A stretch of DNA of 64,000 nt from a bacterium (GCA_038128225.1 JAYPJF010000002.1:191751-255750); one strand, 5' to 3'; positions 28,093-38,766 are shown, counted from the first letter of the stretch. A program made the numbers and translations. The notes: generated from the sequence alone by a model not told the origin.

Positions 28093-28500
28093 CTACGCTA
28101 TGTTCACATCCGTTTTTCGCATTGCCCCGACACTCATAGGGCCTGTGCCATGAATTATCACTGCGAGCAATCCACCGATGATACCAAGGTTCTTAAGCGC
28201 TTGTGTGAGCTGGTTTGCATCAGCAAAATTACTATGCGCAACCACAATTGTGACCAGCACAAACCCGATTAAAGCCCACGCTGCCCATTCTCCTTTGTAT
28301 CCCAGAAGGAGCATAAGTCCTCCGCCGACTTTCACCGCAATAACAATCGCGGCTGCAAGTGTACCCATCGGTACGATACTGCCGATAAAAGCCGCGGTTT
28401 GGCCAAAACTAAAAAGCATCCCTGTGCCCGAGACAATAAAAAGAGCCGAGAGACAAACTCGCATTATTAAAGGACCCCATTCACGTAATATTGTTTGCAT
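28093..28500 (-). CDS. DoxX family membrane protein
   Basis: 135 aa with four TM helices and a DoxX-like pattern. Confidence 0.65.
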   Translation of the reverse strand: MQTILREWGPLIMRVCLSALFIVSGTGMLFSFGQTAAFIGSIVPMGTLAAAIVIAVKVGGGLMLLLGYKGEWAAWALIGFVLVTIVVAHSNFADANQLTQALKNLGIIGGLLAVIIHGTGPMSVGAMRKTDVNIA

Positions 28501-28581
28501 ATAAGCACGCGACTACCTACATAATAATTTCCAAAGCATAGCCCCCGCGAGATGCGGGGGCAAGATCGATATGCACAGCCT

Positions 28582-28797
28582 CTATGGTCGTTCGAGCGCG
28601 TCGCCAGGAAGCCCAAGCCATGTAAGGTACTCGAGGCACGCCTCAAACGTCATGCGGCAAGTCAGAACACAGTGGCAAAGATAATCAAGAAGGTTGCCTG
28701 TTCCTTCGGCAGAGGCTAGGTTAAAAACTCTCACACCTTCCGGAGTTTTAAGCGTAACACTTTCGAATCTACGTGTCTTTGCAACAAAGTGGGCCAT
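28582..28797 (-). CDS. Hypothetical small protein
   Basis: ORF only. Confidence 0.25.
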   Translation of the reverse strand: MAHFVAKTRRFESVTLKTPEGVRVFNLASAEGTGNLLDYLCHCVLTCRMTFEACLEYLTWLGLPGDALERP

Positions 28798-28878
28798 GGG
28801 AGTTCTCCGTTAGTAACGTATGCTCGCGCCACTGTAGAATGCCTTACAAAAAAGTAAAGTGAGCTCGTCCGAAACTCT

Positions 28879-29133
28879 TCACATCTGAGCCTCGGCATCT
28901 GTGTTGTCAGTGTGTTCCAAAAGCCTATTAAATTCTTCATCAGTGATTGTCCCGTCTTCCATAATTTTTTCTGGCACAATGTCTTTCTTGTTTTCTTCTG
29001 TTGATTCTTGTGCCTCGGTAGATGGTAGTGATTTTTCTGGCTTGATTTCTCCCCACAAGAGTGCCCCGCAAAGAAGTACCGCCATCCCCAAAAGCACAAC
29101 GCGCATTACTACCGTACTTTTTTGCATACTCAA
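28879..29133 (-). CDS. Hypothetical small membrane-anchored acidic protein
   Basis: N-terminal TM helix followed by an acidic tail. Confidence 0.3.
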   Translation of the reverse strand: MSMQKSTVVMRVVLLGMAVLLCGALLWGEIKPEKSLPSTEAQESTEENKKDIVPEKIMEDGTITDEEFNRLLEHTDNTDAEAQM

Positions 29134-29247
29134 TTATAAAATATAAGAAACATTGGAGTCTAGTATAACAGTGCAGCGATGAAGCCAACTATAATCTATA
29201 CAGGGCGCCGCGGCAGAAGCCGGGCGCCCTGAATACTACTGCGAAAC

Positions 29248-29781
29248 CTACTTTTTGATCCGAGAACGGATCTTGGAATCATAGTTTCTTTCAACAATTG
29301 CCAGTATTACCATCCCTAATGCGGTTGCTATGCCCATTGCAACGGCGCCGACCACTGCGGGTCCCATATACAGATCAAATGTCACATGATGTGCAAAATC
29401 CGCGTCGAGTAAAAGGAACACAAAGACGCTACATATGATCTGCGAAAGACCATACAAAAGCGCAAAAAATACACCAGCGAACAGAGCGTTTTCGAGACAT
29501 TTTCCGCGCCCATCAAAGTACATCTCGATTCCTTGCAATCCAAGCGCCAAGTAGAAACTACACATTCCTCCAAGAAGTGAGCAGCCCGCGATTACTCGAT
29601 CCCAGCGATTCCTTATTAGCACCTCTTCGAGCAAAAGAAGAAATGCGGGTTTGTAGTCTGTTGGGAATCCACCTGGCAAAATGAAATACGCCGCACCTAT
29701 CACAAGAATGATTCCCGCAAGCGCAAGGAGACACATCCGGACTCCTTCCGCGAGTAATTTTTTGTTCAACTCCTGTTCCAC
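29248..29781 (-). CDS. Hypothetical multi-pass membrane protein
   Basis: ORF with five TM helices. Confidence 0.35.
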   Translation of the reverse strand: MEQELNKKLLAEGVRMCLLALAGIILVIGAAYFILPGGFPTDYKPAFLLLLEEVLIRNRWDRVIAGCSLLGGMCSFYLALGLQGIEMYFDGRGKCLENALFAGVFFALLYGLSQIICSVFVFLLLDADFAHHVTFDLYMGPAVVGAVAMGIATALGMVILAIVERNYDSKIRSRIKK

Positions 29782-29871
29782 TTTTGCCTCCGCTTCTGGC
29801 CATCTACGGACACTGAAAGTACTCTACAATACTATTTTCAATTTGCAATATACGGTTTAGAAGCCCGCTCC

Positions 29872-31446
29872 TCACTTTGCAGCTACCTGCAAACGCCCAA
29901 GCAAAAAATTCCGATCAAGCGTGGCGAGAAACCACCCCGCCTGCGGGCCGGAGTCGCGGCCGAGAAACGCCTGGTAAATACCTCCGAAAAGCTGCTTCGC
30001 ATCCATCCCGAGCTCTGCTTTAAGCGCATGGAGATGCGCGTGCAACTCTGCCCCATCAATCACGTTGTGCGCTGCAACAAATACCGCGATTCGCGCGAAC
30101 GCGTCTTTTTGTAGTGCGGAAAACTGCTGCATTGAAGCGGGAGGCGTTTGCTGTAATTCAAACTTATACGCATCAGGCGCGTATGTTGACAGCCAGGTTT
30201 TTACATATGCCACACGCTCGTTAAGTACATCAATTTCACTGCTCGTGAGCGCCCCCCCTTTAAGCGCCGAAACTTCTTTTTCAAGATTAAGGTGTGGCAT
30301 CTGCGCCACAAACACAACAGTTGAAAAGCGCGGCAAGTACATGCGTTCAGGCGGTGTATGTGCATGCACGAGTTCAAAAAGTCGTGCGTCATCATCGGCC
30401 ACACCACTCCAGTATTTTTCTGCAATCTTGTCATACCAATCAAACCAGAGCGGAATTGTTTCGCCCGCAGGGTCGAGATTCATCGCGCGCTCCGGTTGTG
30501 CGCCGAGAAGCGCCAGTCGGAAGATGTGCTGGGGTACTAAATCGGAAACTTCTTTAGCAGAAGAACCACGCCCTTTCGATGATGACATCTTCGCACCGCC
30601 AACAAGGAAAAATTCATAGGGAATATCAAGCGGTGGTTCGTACCCAAACACATCTTTTGAGATGTGATTTGCTACATCACGAGACCCGCCGCGTGTGGAA
30701 TGATCTTTACCCGCGCCCTCGATATGCACGCCAACTACTTTCCATTTTGCCGGCCACTCAACTTTCCACGGTAGTTTTGCATTGCCGTTCCACGGTGTAT
30801 CACTTCCTTCGTAGCCACACCCTTCTGCACCGCCTGCGCCTGCAATGCACCGGTAGGAAACTTTTTCACCGTCAAACGTGTACGCATGCGTGGTACCGAT
30901 CTTGCCGCACTGGGCACACACCATAGAAACAGGCAGCCAGTCGTCTTTTTTTTGAGAACCTGAGACTTCTTTGTAAATGCGACGGATGTCAGCAGTGTGC
31001 TCAAGCGCTATTCGCAGCACGTCGTTCATCTTTCCGGAGAGATACAATTCACTTCCGCGATAAAACGTAGGTGTAAATCCCGCTTTCGTGATGACCTCGC
31101 AAAATTCAGCAGCATAAAATTCTGCAAAATTTTTTGCACGCCCATCCGGTGACGGTACGCGATTCAGTGGCATCCCAAGATACTGCTTCCATTCTGCCTC
31201 GGTAAGCATCGCCGGAATGCCATCCATTGGATCAAAATCGTTAATCTCATAACTAAAGAGTGCCTTAGTACCAGCGCGCGTGAGCACATCAGAAACCACG
31301 TCGTGAATCGCTACGCCGCGCATCGAGCCAACATGGACTCTACCGGATGCGGTTTTTTCATCACGTACAACAAGAACCTCCCCCGCGTCACTCTGCGCTT
31401 TAAATTTACGCCGCGCTTCTTCTTTTACCTTGTCTGCCCAGAACAT
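29872..31446 (-). CDS. lysS: Lysine--tRNA ligase, class I (archaeal-type LysRS)
   Basis: HIGH-like region (VHVGSMRG) and KMSSSKG (KMSKS). Class I LysRS architecture with a Cys-rich insertion. Confidence 0.85.
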   Translation of the reverse strand: MFWADKVKEEARRKFKAQSDAGEVLVVRDEKTASGRVHVGSMRGVAIHDVVSDVLTRAGTKALFSYEINDFDPMDGIPAMLTEAEWKQYLGMPLNRVPSPDGRAKNFAEFYAAEFCEVITKAGFTPTFYRGSELYLSGKMNDVLRIALEHTADIRRIYKEVSGSQKKDDWLPVSMVCAQCGKIGTTHAYTFDGEKVSYRCIAGAGGAEGCGYEGSDTPWNGNAKLPWKVEWPAKWKVVGVHIEGAGKDHSTRGGSRDVANHISKDVFGYEPPLDIPYEFFLVGGAKMSSSKGRGSSAKEVSDLVPQHIFRLALLGAQPERAMNLDPAGETIPLWFDWYDKIAEKYWSGVADDDARLFELVHAHTPPERMYLPRFSTVVFVAQMPHLNLEKEVSALKGGALTSSEIDVLNERVAYVKTWLSTYAPDAYKFELQQTPPASMQQFSALQKDAFARIAVFVAAHNVIDGAELHAHLHALKAELGMDAKQLFGGIYQAFLGRDSGPQAGWFLATLDRNFLLGRLQVAAK

Positions 31447-31471
31447 AGAGGCATACTAGCAGAAGTGCAGA

Positions 31472-31942
31472 CTATTTCACGTTCACAATTTTATATTTTT
31501 GTCTTCCCTTTGGAGTTTCAAACTCAAATGACTCGCCTTTCTTTTTTCCCATCAGCGCCGCCCCCATCGGAGAAAGGTGTGAAATCTTTCGCTCGAGCAT
31601 GTTCGCTTCTGCAGAGCCCACGAGCTCATATGTATGTTCCTCTTTTTCTCCGACTTTTTGGATGACAACCTGACTCCCGAGAGTGACTTTTCCTCCTTTG
31701 GCTTTTTGATCGATAATCTGCGCATGTCCAAGCATCTCCTCGATCTGTCGAATGCGTTCTTCTGTTGCCGCTTGCAAGTCCCGCGCTTCTTGATATTCAG
31801 CGTTTTCCGAAAGATCACCAAGTGAACGAGCGTATTCCAGCTGTTCGGCAATCTCGCGACGACGTGTCGTTTTGAGATGATCCAATTCGGTGGTTAATTC
31901 GTCAAATTTTTCTTGAGTAAGATAATTATTGTCTTCAGTCAT
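31472..31942 (-). CDS. greA: Transcription elongation factor GreA
   Basis: N-terminal coiled coil with conserved acidic tip (LSENAEYQEARD) and C-terminal FKBP-like domain. Confidence 0.9.
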   Translation of the reverse strand: MTEDNNYLTQEKFDELTTELDHLKTTRRREIAEQLEYARSLGDLSENAEYQEARDLQAATEERIRQIEEMLGHAQIIDQKAKGGKVTLGSQVVIQKVGEKEEHTYELVGSAEANMLERKISHLSPMGAALMGKKKGESFEFETPKGRQKYKIVNVK

Positions 31943-31990
31943 GTTGGCGCCATTGTATCGGTTCGCGGCAAGAGCGCAATGTGGACTGTA

Positions 31991-33655
31991 CTAGCGAATA
32001 TAGTCTGGCTTTTCGACGAGCAACCAATCAAAAAAAGGGCGCAGCCCTGGTGCTGCACCGGAAAGGGTACCCGCGGGAGCACGCTCGAGCACTACTGCAA
32101 ACGCATATCGCGGCGCCTCATATGGCCAAAAACCAACTACCCACGAGTTCATCCATTGTTTTTTGTTTCCTACTTCAGCGGTACCTGTTTTTCCAGCAAT
32201 GCGCATGTCGGGAAGATACAACGCTTGCGCGGTACCTCCCGGTTCAGCAGCTTTCTTCATGCCCTCACGAACGACAGAAAGATCCTGTGGTGTGATTGCG
32301 ATTTTAGTGCGCTCGGGTGTCGTACTCGCACGCACGTGCGGCGTGAGCAAGTCGCCCCCATTTGCGATCGCGGCGATTGCACGCACCATTTGTATGGGTG
32401 TTACTTGAAAGCCATATTGTCCGATCGCGGTATTATACGTATCGCCGATGCGCCATATTTCGTCTGCGCCAAACACTTCCTCCTTCCACTCAGGTGTAGG
32501 GATCACCCCCTCGGCCTCACCAGAAAGCGCAATCCCGGTCTCTGCCCCCAAACCAAACATCTGAGCATACGAGTCGAGTCGTGCAATACCAAGCCCTCGC
32601 TGGTCTTCGTAGCCGCCTCCGATTGCAAAAAAATACACATCCGACGAAACAGCGATCGCTTCTTGCATGTTGGTCCACCCGTGCGCACGCCAGTCCTTTA
32701 TGATTGTCGGCACATCAGGATTGTATGGATTTGGTATTGAGATAAAACCCGGGCTGAAAATCTTTTTTTCTGGGTCAATGATTTTTTCTGCCAAGGCAGC
32801 AGCTGCGAACAAAGGCTTTACTATGGAACCAGGCGCATACAACCCAGAGATTGCACGATTGAGGAACGGTGTACGCGTGTCGTTTGTATATGATTCGAGC
32901 GCTTCGCTATCACCTGATGTCAATGCGGCAAGATCGTAACTTGGAAAACTGGTGAGCGCGAGCAACTCGCCGCTGTGCACATCCATGATGATCGCCGCGC
33001 CGCCCTGAAACCCTTGCGCAACCGCATGCGCCGAAAGTTGTTCATATAATTTTTTCTGGACCTCATAGTCAATGGTGAGCGTGATATTTTCTCCATGTTC
33101 CGGCGGCTCAATTATTCCCCGCCGTTGCACAACATTATGCGCATCAACCTCAATCAATTCTCGCCCGTTCTTGCCAGAGAGAAGCTCGTCAAAAACTTGC
33201 TCAGCACCAGAGACTCCCGAAAATTCTGTGCGCCACCACAGACCTGAGGCGTCCTTTTTTGGATAGCGCACATACCCCATGAGGTGCGCAATACTTGGTG
33301 AATCTGCATAGCGTCGTTCAGCATACGGGAGTCCGTCTTGTGATTCATTCCACGCTAACTCCACGTGCGTCCGATCATACAGTACTCCCCGCACCGAAAA
33401 AAGGATCTGGTGCGCGAGCGTATTTCTCTCTGCTGCTTGTGCGAAAAAAGCGCCCTGCACAACTTGTAAGTATGCGGCGCGCCCCATAAAAACTAGCATG
33501 ACGAGCACAAACACCACTCCAATACCAAAGAGTGACCGCCGCGATACCGGCTGAATCACCCGACCTTCAAATTGCTCTATATCAAGGCCGGGCAAATTAG
33601 ACGCATCGAGAAGTACGTCACCCGGATCGATTTCATGTCGTGACCATCTCACCAT
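31991..33655 (-). CDS. mrdA: Penicillin-binding protein 2 (peptidoglycan D,D-transpeptidase MrdA)
   Basis: N-terminal TM helix, dimerisation domain and transpeptidase with SxxK, SxN and KTG(T) motifs. It precedes mreDCB. Confidence 0.85.
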   Translation of the reverse strand: MVRWSRHEIDPGDVLLDASNLPGLDIEQFEGRVIQPVSRRSLFGIGVVFVLVMLVFMGRAAYLQVVQGAFFAQAAERNTLAHQILFSVRGVLYDRTHVELAWNESQDGLPYAERRYADSPSIAHLMGYVRYPKKDASGLWWRTEFSGVSGAEQVFDELLSGKNGRELIEVDAHNVVQRRGIIEPPEHGENITLTIDYEVQKKLYEQLSAHAVAQGFQGGAAIIMDVHSGELLALTSFPSYDLAALTSGDSEALESYTNDTRTPFLNRAISGLYAPGSIVKPLFAAAALAEKIIDPEKKIFSPGFISIPNPYNPDVPTIIKDWRAHGWTNMQEAIAVSSDVYFFAIGGGYEDQRGLGIARLDSYAQMFGLGAETGIALSGEAEGVIPTPEWKEEVFGADEIWRIGDTYNTAIGQYGFQVTPIQMVRAIAAIANGGDLLTPHVRASTTPERTKIAITPQDLSVVREGMKKAAEPGGTAQALYLPDMRIAGKTGTAEVGNKKQWMNSWVVGFWPYEAPRYAFAVVLERAPAGTLSGAAPGLRPFFDWLLVEKPDYIR

Positions 33656-33678
33656 GAGGCGAGTATATCAAACGCGCT

Positions 33679-33933
33679 CTACAAAGAGAGCTGCCGACGA
33701 AATGGCTCGAACCCGATAAGCGCGAGCCCCAAAAGCATTGTTGCCGGCAAGGGCACCCCATAAAAACCGGCCGGCCCGAGGTACAATAAGTCGATCAGTA
33801 GCCCAACGCCGATTACTTCCCATGCGCGATATCGAAGCGTGAGTATTCCTGAAAGAATAAGTGGGAGCCATGGCGGCGCAAGAAAAACACTCGCACATGC
33901 GCCAATCGTGAGCACTACGCGAATGCGCGTCAT
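33679..33933 (-). CDS. mreD: Rod shape-determining protein MreD (short form)
   Basis: Small polytopic membrane protein lying between mreC and the PBP2 gene. Confidence 0.55.
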   Translation of the reverse strand: MTRIRVVLTIGACASVFLAPPWLPLILSGILTLRYRAWEVIGVGLLIDLLYLGPAGFYGVPLPATMLLGLALIGFEPFRRQLSL

Positions 33934-34712
33934 AAGCGAGGCGTGAGTAGAACAACGTTGATTGACTGAATTGCAAACGGTAAGCCAATCAGTACTTTTT
34001 TCGTAGGTTCTGCAGAATCTTCAGTGATCGCTGCAATAGTGCCCACAGTCGCATACGTATCAGCGAGCAGTACGGTTTGGCCAATGTTCGCCGCGAGTGC
34101 CCGCGGTACCAGTATTTCAGCATTGTTGCTACCTCGTCCTACCATTTCAAGATTTGCGGCTCCGGGTATATCAACGGTCGTTTTAACTCCTGGCGCAGTA
34201 AACAATTGCACCAGCGCGGTAGACTCATGCACTTCAACAACACTCCCAATCGCGATGCGCTCACCAACAAGCACAACATCATCACTATGAACTTCAGAAC
34301 CCGGCGCAAACGCAACAACGATCGTCCCGTACGGTGAATGCGCGGGATTTGATACTACACGTGCACCGATGCCAGAAGATGTCGCTGTTTGCATACGCAA
34401 CAATTCGCGTAGCGCCGCGTTTTCTGTTTTAAGTACATCATTTACCACAATACTCCACTGTGCATTCTTGACCTCCTCTTGTAGCCGCGCATTATCCGCT
34501 ATAAGCGACGCCTCGTTCGTTAGTAGTTTCGAGTTTCCGACCGCTTGAACTGCAGAGGCATATGAGCTCCACAACACTGTGGCACCAGTGCGCGCAGCGC
34601 CGCGCGCCAGGTCGCCCCAAAAAAAGACCGTGAACGACAGTACGCCAATAGCCAAAATCGCAACGAGCGCTTGCGTACGTTCTGGTTTTCTATTGGGTAG
34701 GTACGATCTCAT
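33930..34712 (-). CDS. mreC: Rod shape-determining protein MreC
   Basis: N-terminal TM helix, coiled coil and MreC beta domain. Position between mreB and mreD. Confidence 0.8.
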   Translation of the reverse strand: MRSYLPNRKPERTQALVAILAIGVLSFTVFFWGDLARGAARTGATVLWSSYASAVQAVGNSKLLTNEASLIADNARLQEEVKNAQWSIVVNDVLKTENAALRELLRMQTATSSGIGARVVSNPAHSPYGTIVVAFAPGSEVHSDDVVLVGERIAIGSVVEVHESTALVQLFTAPGVKTTVDIPGAANLEMVGRGSNNAEILVPRALAANIGQTVLLADTYATVGTIAAITEDSAEPTKKVLIGLPFAIQSINVVLLTPRL

Positions 34713-35769
34713 CGTCAGAAGTTAGCAAAGATTCACGATACTGTTCCAAGTCGTCGAGAATTGATGCGGTACCGCGAACCACCGCAGTAAGCGGATCCTC
34801 TGCTACACGCACAGTAACACCAAACACTTCTGTAAGCAGTACAGGAAGCCCCCGCAAAAGCGCTCCACCCCCTGCCAGGTATACTCCCCGCTGCATAACA
34901 TCGGAGAGTACCTCAGGCGGCGTCGCTTCAATTGTTTCTTTTATGGCATCAACAAGCTCTTCAATCGAATGTAAAATTGCATGTCTCACATCGCGGTCAG
35001 TTACATCAACTTCGCGCGGCAACCCGGAAACCAAATCACGCCCCCGCACCTTTGTGGTGAGAGGCGCTTCTAATTCTAACACGGACCCCACATTGATTTT
35101 TACCTCTTCTGCTGTTTTTTCACCGATGACCAATTTAAATTCGTTCCTGATATGCGCAATAATGTCGGTGTTTAATCGATCACCCGCAATGCGTATGTTC
35201 CGCGCACCGACGAGCCCCCCGAGGGAAACTATGCCGATGTCAGTGGTTCCACCACCAATGTCAATCACCATACTTCCTGTCGGAGCATGCACCGGCAATC
35301 GAATGCCGATCGCCGCTGCCATAGGTTCTTCAACGATATACACTTGCCGTGCGCCAGCGTTGTGCGCCGCGTCACGAACAGCTCGCACTTCTACCGAGGT
35401 GATCCCGGACGGCACACCAATAACGACCCGCGGCCCAAGTAGTTTAGTGTGTTTATCTTGCGCTTTGTGGAGAAGATACGAGAGCATTTCTTCAGTGATT
35501 TCGAAATCAGAGATGACTCCGTCAATCACCGGCCGTACCGCGTCAATGTGTGGCGGGGTGCGCCCGAGCATTTCTTTCGCTTGGGTGCCAACCGCAACTA
35601 CCTGGCCGGTTTTTCGATTAATTGCAACAATCGAGGGTTCGTTGATAACAATACCGCGTCCTTTCACATACACGAGCGTGTTTGCAGTCCCGAGATCAAT
35701 GCCGATATCGTTAGAAAACGGCGCAAGCACCCGATCGAGCCATCGTCCAACTGTGCGTCGTCTGCTCAT
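34690..35769 (-). CDS. mreB: Rod shape-determining protein MreB
   Basis: GIDLGTANTLVYV phosphate-1 and DIGGGTTD phosphate-2. Full actin fold. Confidence 0.92.
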   Translation of the reverse strand: MSRRRTVGRWLDRVLAPFSNDIGIDLGTANTLVYVKGRGIVINEPSIVAINRKTGQVVAVGTQAKEMLGRTPPHIDAVRPVIDGVISDFEITEEMLSYLLHKAQDKHTKLLGPRVVIGVPSGITSVEVRAVRDAAHNAGARQVYIVEEPMAAAIGIRLPVHAPTGSMVIDIGGGTTDIGIVSLGGLVGARNIRIAGDRLNTDIIAHIRNEFKLVIGEKTAEEVKINVGSVLELEAPLTTKVRGRDLVSGLPREVDVTDRDVRHAILHSIEELVDAIKETIEATPPEVLSDVMQRGVYLAGGGALLRGLPVLLTEVFGVTVRVAEDPLTAVVRGTASILDDLEQYRESLLTSDDEIVPTQ

Positions 35770-35771
35770 AG

Positions 35772-37028
35772 TTATTGTGCATTAACATAATCAACGAGCG
35801 CGGGTTCAGGCATAAATTGCGTTTGTCCGCTCGCTCGATTCGTAACCTCCACGCCGCCTTCAGCAATAGTCTTTTCAGAAATAACCACGCGCGTCGGAAT
35901 ACCTATAAGATCCGCGTCTGCAAATTTTTCTCCAGCGCGAACATCGCGATCGTCGTACAAAACGTCAACGCCGCTTTCAGTGAGTTCGTCATACAGTCGA
36001 TCTGCCTCAGATGCAACTGCCGGATTTTTTCCCACGATGGAAATAAGGTGTACAGGAAACGGCGCGAGTTCTTTTGGCCACACCATGTTCTCTGCGGTGC
36101 CAAGCACCTCGGCGACCGTACCCATAAGCCGATTGGGGCCGATGCCGTAAGAGCCCATAATAACCGGTTGGCTGTTCCCATTTTCGTCTTTAAATGTGAG
36201 GTTGAGCGCGCTCGAAAATTTCGTGCCAAGTGAAAATATATTTCCAACCTCAATAGACGTGCGCTGTTCCAGTTCGTCGCGAGTCACGCCTAATTCAGAA
36301 AGATCTGCGGCGCCAAGAACCTCTTCGTTTACCGCGACACCTTTTTTTTCATTGACATAAATAACATCTTCGCCGGCGTCTGAAAGCGTCTGAAACTCGT
36401 GGCTAAATTTTGAAAACGCACCCCCTGAAGCGAACGTGCGGTATGTTTTGTGCCCTATGCCCGCGCGCGTGAACACCCGCATGTACGCAGCAGCGCACTT
36501 CTCATAAAAATCAGTATGTTCTTTTTCGGTCCGGGAAAAAGAGTACAAATCTTTCATGAAAAACTCCCGTGTGCGCATAATTCCGCTCTTTGCGCGCACT
36601 TCATTGCGAAACTTATTTTGTATATGGTATGCGTAGAGCGGCAAATCTTTATACGACTGAACGTATTCAGTCATAATCCCGGTGATAGTCTCTTCATGCG
36701 TCCATGCAAAACCCACTTCTCCACCTGCCTTAAGTTCAGATTTGAACCACACATCCACAACGTCGTCATCCCAGCGGTTAGTTTTTTTCCAGATTTCAGG
36801 GTTTTGCAGCGAGGGCATAAAAAACTCCTGGCCACCGATTCCGTTCATTTCCTCGCGAATAATGCGCATGCCATTCTCTAAAACCCGAAGCCCGAGCGGC
36901 AAATAGGAATACACACCCGCCATCTCTTTATGAATGAAGCCCGCGCGAATTAAAAGCTGCGCGTTTTTCGAGACTTCGTCTTTCGGCGCTTCTTTTCTGG
37001 TTTTGGTAAAGAGATGCGATTGCCTCAT
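35772..37028 (-). CDS. proS: Proline--tRNA ligase (bacterial-like N-terminus, no INS editing domain)
   Basis: MRQSHLFTKTRKEAP...LLIRAGFIHKEMAGVYSYLPLG class II motifs. 418 aa. Confidence 0.85.
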   Translation of the reverse strand: MRQSHLFTKTRKEAPKDEVSKNAQLLIRAGFIHKEMAGVYSYLPLGLRVLENGMRIIREEMNGIGGQEFFMPSLQNPEIWKKTNRWDDDVVDVWFKSELKAGGEVGFAWTHEETITGIMTEYVQSYKDLPLYAYHIQNKFRNEVRAKSGIMRTREFFMKDLYSFSRTEKEHTDFYEKCAAAYMRVFTRAGIGHKTYRTFASGGAFSKFSHEFQTLSDAGEDVIYVNEKKGVAVNEEVLGAADLSELGVTRDELEQRTSIEVGNIFSLGTKFSSALNLTFKDENGNSQPVIMGSYGIGPNRLMGTVAEVLGTAENMVWPKELAPFPVHLISIVGKNPAVASEADRLYDELTESGVDVLYDDRDVRAGEKFADADLIGIPTRVVISEKTIAEGGVEVTNRASGQTQFMPEPALVDYVNAQ

Positions 37029-37088
37029 GTTCCGCTATTGTACGCGGGTTTGAAAAATCGCCAAATTGACAGTTCTAAAATTTGAGGT

Positions 37089-38186
37089 TTACACCAGCAG
37101 GCGCACAATGTCGTTGTAGGTTACCGCAACCATCAAGAAAATAATGAGCGCGAATCCAAAGGTGTTAAACACGCGCGAGACGATTGCGGGAATACGGCGT
37201 TGGATGACTGCTTCAATACCTACAAACAACAAGCGTCCGCCGTCGAGCGCCGGGATCGGTATGAGATTCACGATCGCCAAGTTCAAGGAAATGAACGCTG
37301 CAAGACTGAGTAAATACCCAGCTCCATATCCAGCTGCTCCTCCTACCACATCAACAAGACCGACCGGTCCGACCAAGGCCGTAATGTCTGGTTTCCCAAA
37401 TACGGCATCGCGCACCAGTGCACCAAGACTTACCGCAACCGTTTTGAGTGCGCTCCACGTATGACCAAAAGAAGCAGAAAGCGCTTCCGCAAAAGTGAGT
37501 TTCTGCTCGGCGACAAGTGCAAGTGCCACCCCAATCGCAGGACGCCCCGCCTCTTGTGCAAGAACTGCGTGCGCCGGCACGAGTGCGACCGTGCTCGATT
37601 GTGTACCACGCACGTACGCAAGTTCGATTGGTTTACCCGGATGTGTTTCAATAAATGACACTACGCTTTCGGGAGTAAGGACGGTTATTTCTTCTTTCGT
37701 TTTCGGGTCCGCGAGATACACGATGGTATCACCTGCACGCAGACCGCTTTGTGCCGCTGGCGAATCCGACACAACGCTGCTTATCATCAGGCGCGCGCCT
37801 TCGGTGCCCTCAGGAACCACTGTGGTTGTCCCGCTCATAAACGCCCCAACAAACAAGAGCCAGCCCACGAGGACGTTTGCGAGTACTCCCGCAGCAAGAA
37901 TAATCGCTTGATGCCCTTTCGGCGCTGCGGCAAAACCGCCGACTTTCAAACGGGTTTCTTCCGACCGAGGAGGATCTTCTTCAAGGAGTCGTACGAATCC
38001 GCCAAACGGAAGCCAGTTAAGCGTGTATTCGGTCCCGCGCCACTTTCCAAGCGAAAAAGCGCGCGGTGGATATCCAACTCCAAACTCTTCCACGGTGACT
38101 TTAAAAAACTTTGCAGTAATAAAATGCCCAAACTCATGCGCAACAATGAGCGCGACAAGTATGACGATGACTATAAGTACAGCCAT
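37089..38186 (-). CDS. rseP: RseP-like site-2 protease (M50 zinc metalloprotease with PDZ domain)
   Basis: HEFGHF zinc motif in TM1, a central PDZ domain and a C-terminal LDGG motif. Confidence 0.85.
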   Translation of the reverse strand: MAVLIVIVILVALIVAHEFGHFITAKFFKVTVEEFGVGYPPRAFSLGKWRGTEYTLNWLPFGGFVRLLEEDPPRSEETRLKVGGFAAAPKGHQAIILAAGVLANVLVGWLLFVGAFMSGTTTVVPEGTEGARLMISSVVSDSPAAQSGLRAGDTIVYLADPKTKEEITVLTPESVVSFIETHPGKPIELAYVRGTQSSTVALVPAHAVLAQEAGRPAIGVALALVAEQKLTFAEALSASFGHTWSALKTVAVSLGALVRDAVFGKPDITALVGPVGLVDVVGGAAGYGAGYLLSLAAFISLNLAIVNLIPIPALDGGRLLFVGIEAVIQRRIPAIVSRVFNTFGFALIIFLMVAVTYNDIVRLLV

Positions 38187-38187
38187 G

Positions 38188-38739
38188 CTACTGTGTCATT
38201 TCCTGTTCTTTCTTTTTAAACTGTTCTTCAAGCGCATTGTTCGCCGCATCAACTTTCTTTTGAATTTCATCTTTCAAACGAAACTTGTCATCTTCACTCA
38301 TGCCGCCTTCGCGCTCTTGCGCCTGCACACCACTCCATACCTCGTCACGTGCCGCGCGCACTGCCACACGCGCCTCTTCCAGTTTCTGTTTTGCGAGCTT
38401 CACAAATTCTTGGCGCCGCTCACTGGTAAGTTCGGGAAAGGTGACTCGAACCGTTGCATCAGACGAGGAAACACCGAGACCCAAATCTGCCGCAGTGATT
38501 GCCTTCTCGATTTCTTTTGAAAGTGACGCATCAAACGGTGCTACACGAAGCGTCCTTGAATCCTCAACCGACACACTTGCTACTTGCTTTAGCGGCATAC
38601 TTGACCCGTAGGCACTCACCTGCACGCTATCAAGGATGACTGGCGTCGCCCTTCCTGTTCGAAGTCCCTGATATTCGCGGCTTAGCCACTCGCGGGCTTC
38701 GGTCAATTTCTTATCAAATGGTGCGAAGTTGTGATTCAT
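38188..38739 (-). CDS. frr: Ribosome recycling factor
   Basis: Length and conserved RRF sequence (VRVAPFD...RRQEFVKLAK). Confidence 0.9.
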   Translation of the reverse strand: MNHNFAPFDKKLTEAREWLSREYQGLRTGRATPVILDSVQVSAYGSSMPLKQVASVSVEDSRTLRVAPFDASLSKEIEKAITAADLGLGVSSSDATVRVTFPELTSERRQEFVKLAKQKLEEARVAVRAARDEVWSGVQAQEREGGMSEDDKFRLKDEIQKKVDAANNALEEQFKKKEQEMTQ

Positions 38740-38766
38740 AGTGCGAGTATACGAGTTCATGTGCGC

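Noticed and set aside
31913-32740. 275-aa ORF on the + strand inside the PBP2 gene
   Set aside because: It is antisense to a gene with unambiguous PBP2 transpeptidase motifs and has no domain signal or RBS. The same reasoning applies to 34943-35785 (antisense to mreB), 14306-14842 and 14861-15379 (antisense to the P-type ATPase), 37495-37911 (antisense to rseP) and 30065-30619 (antisense to lysS).
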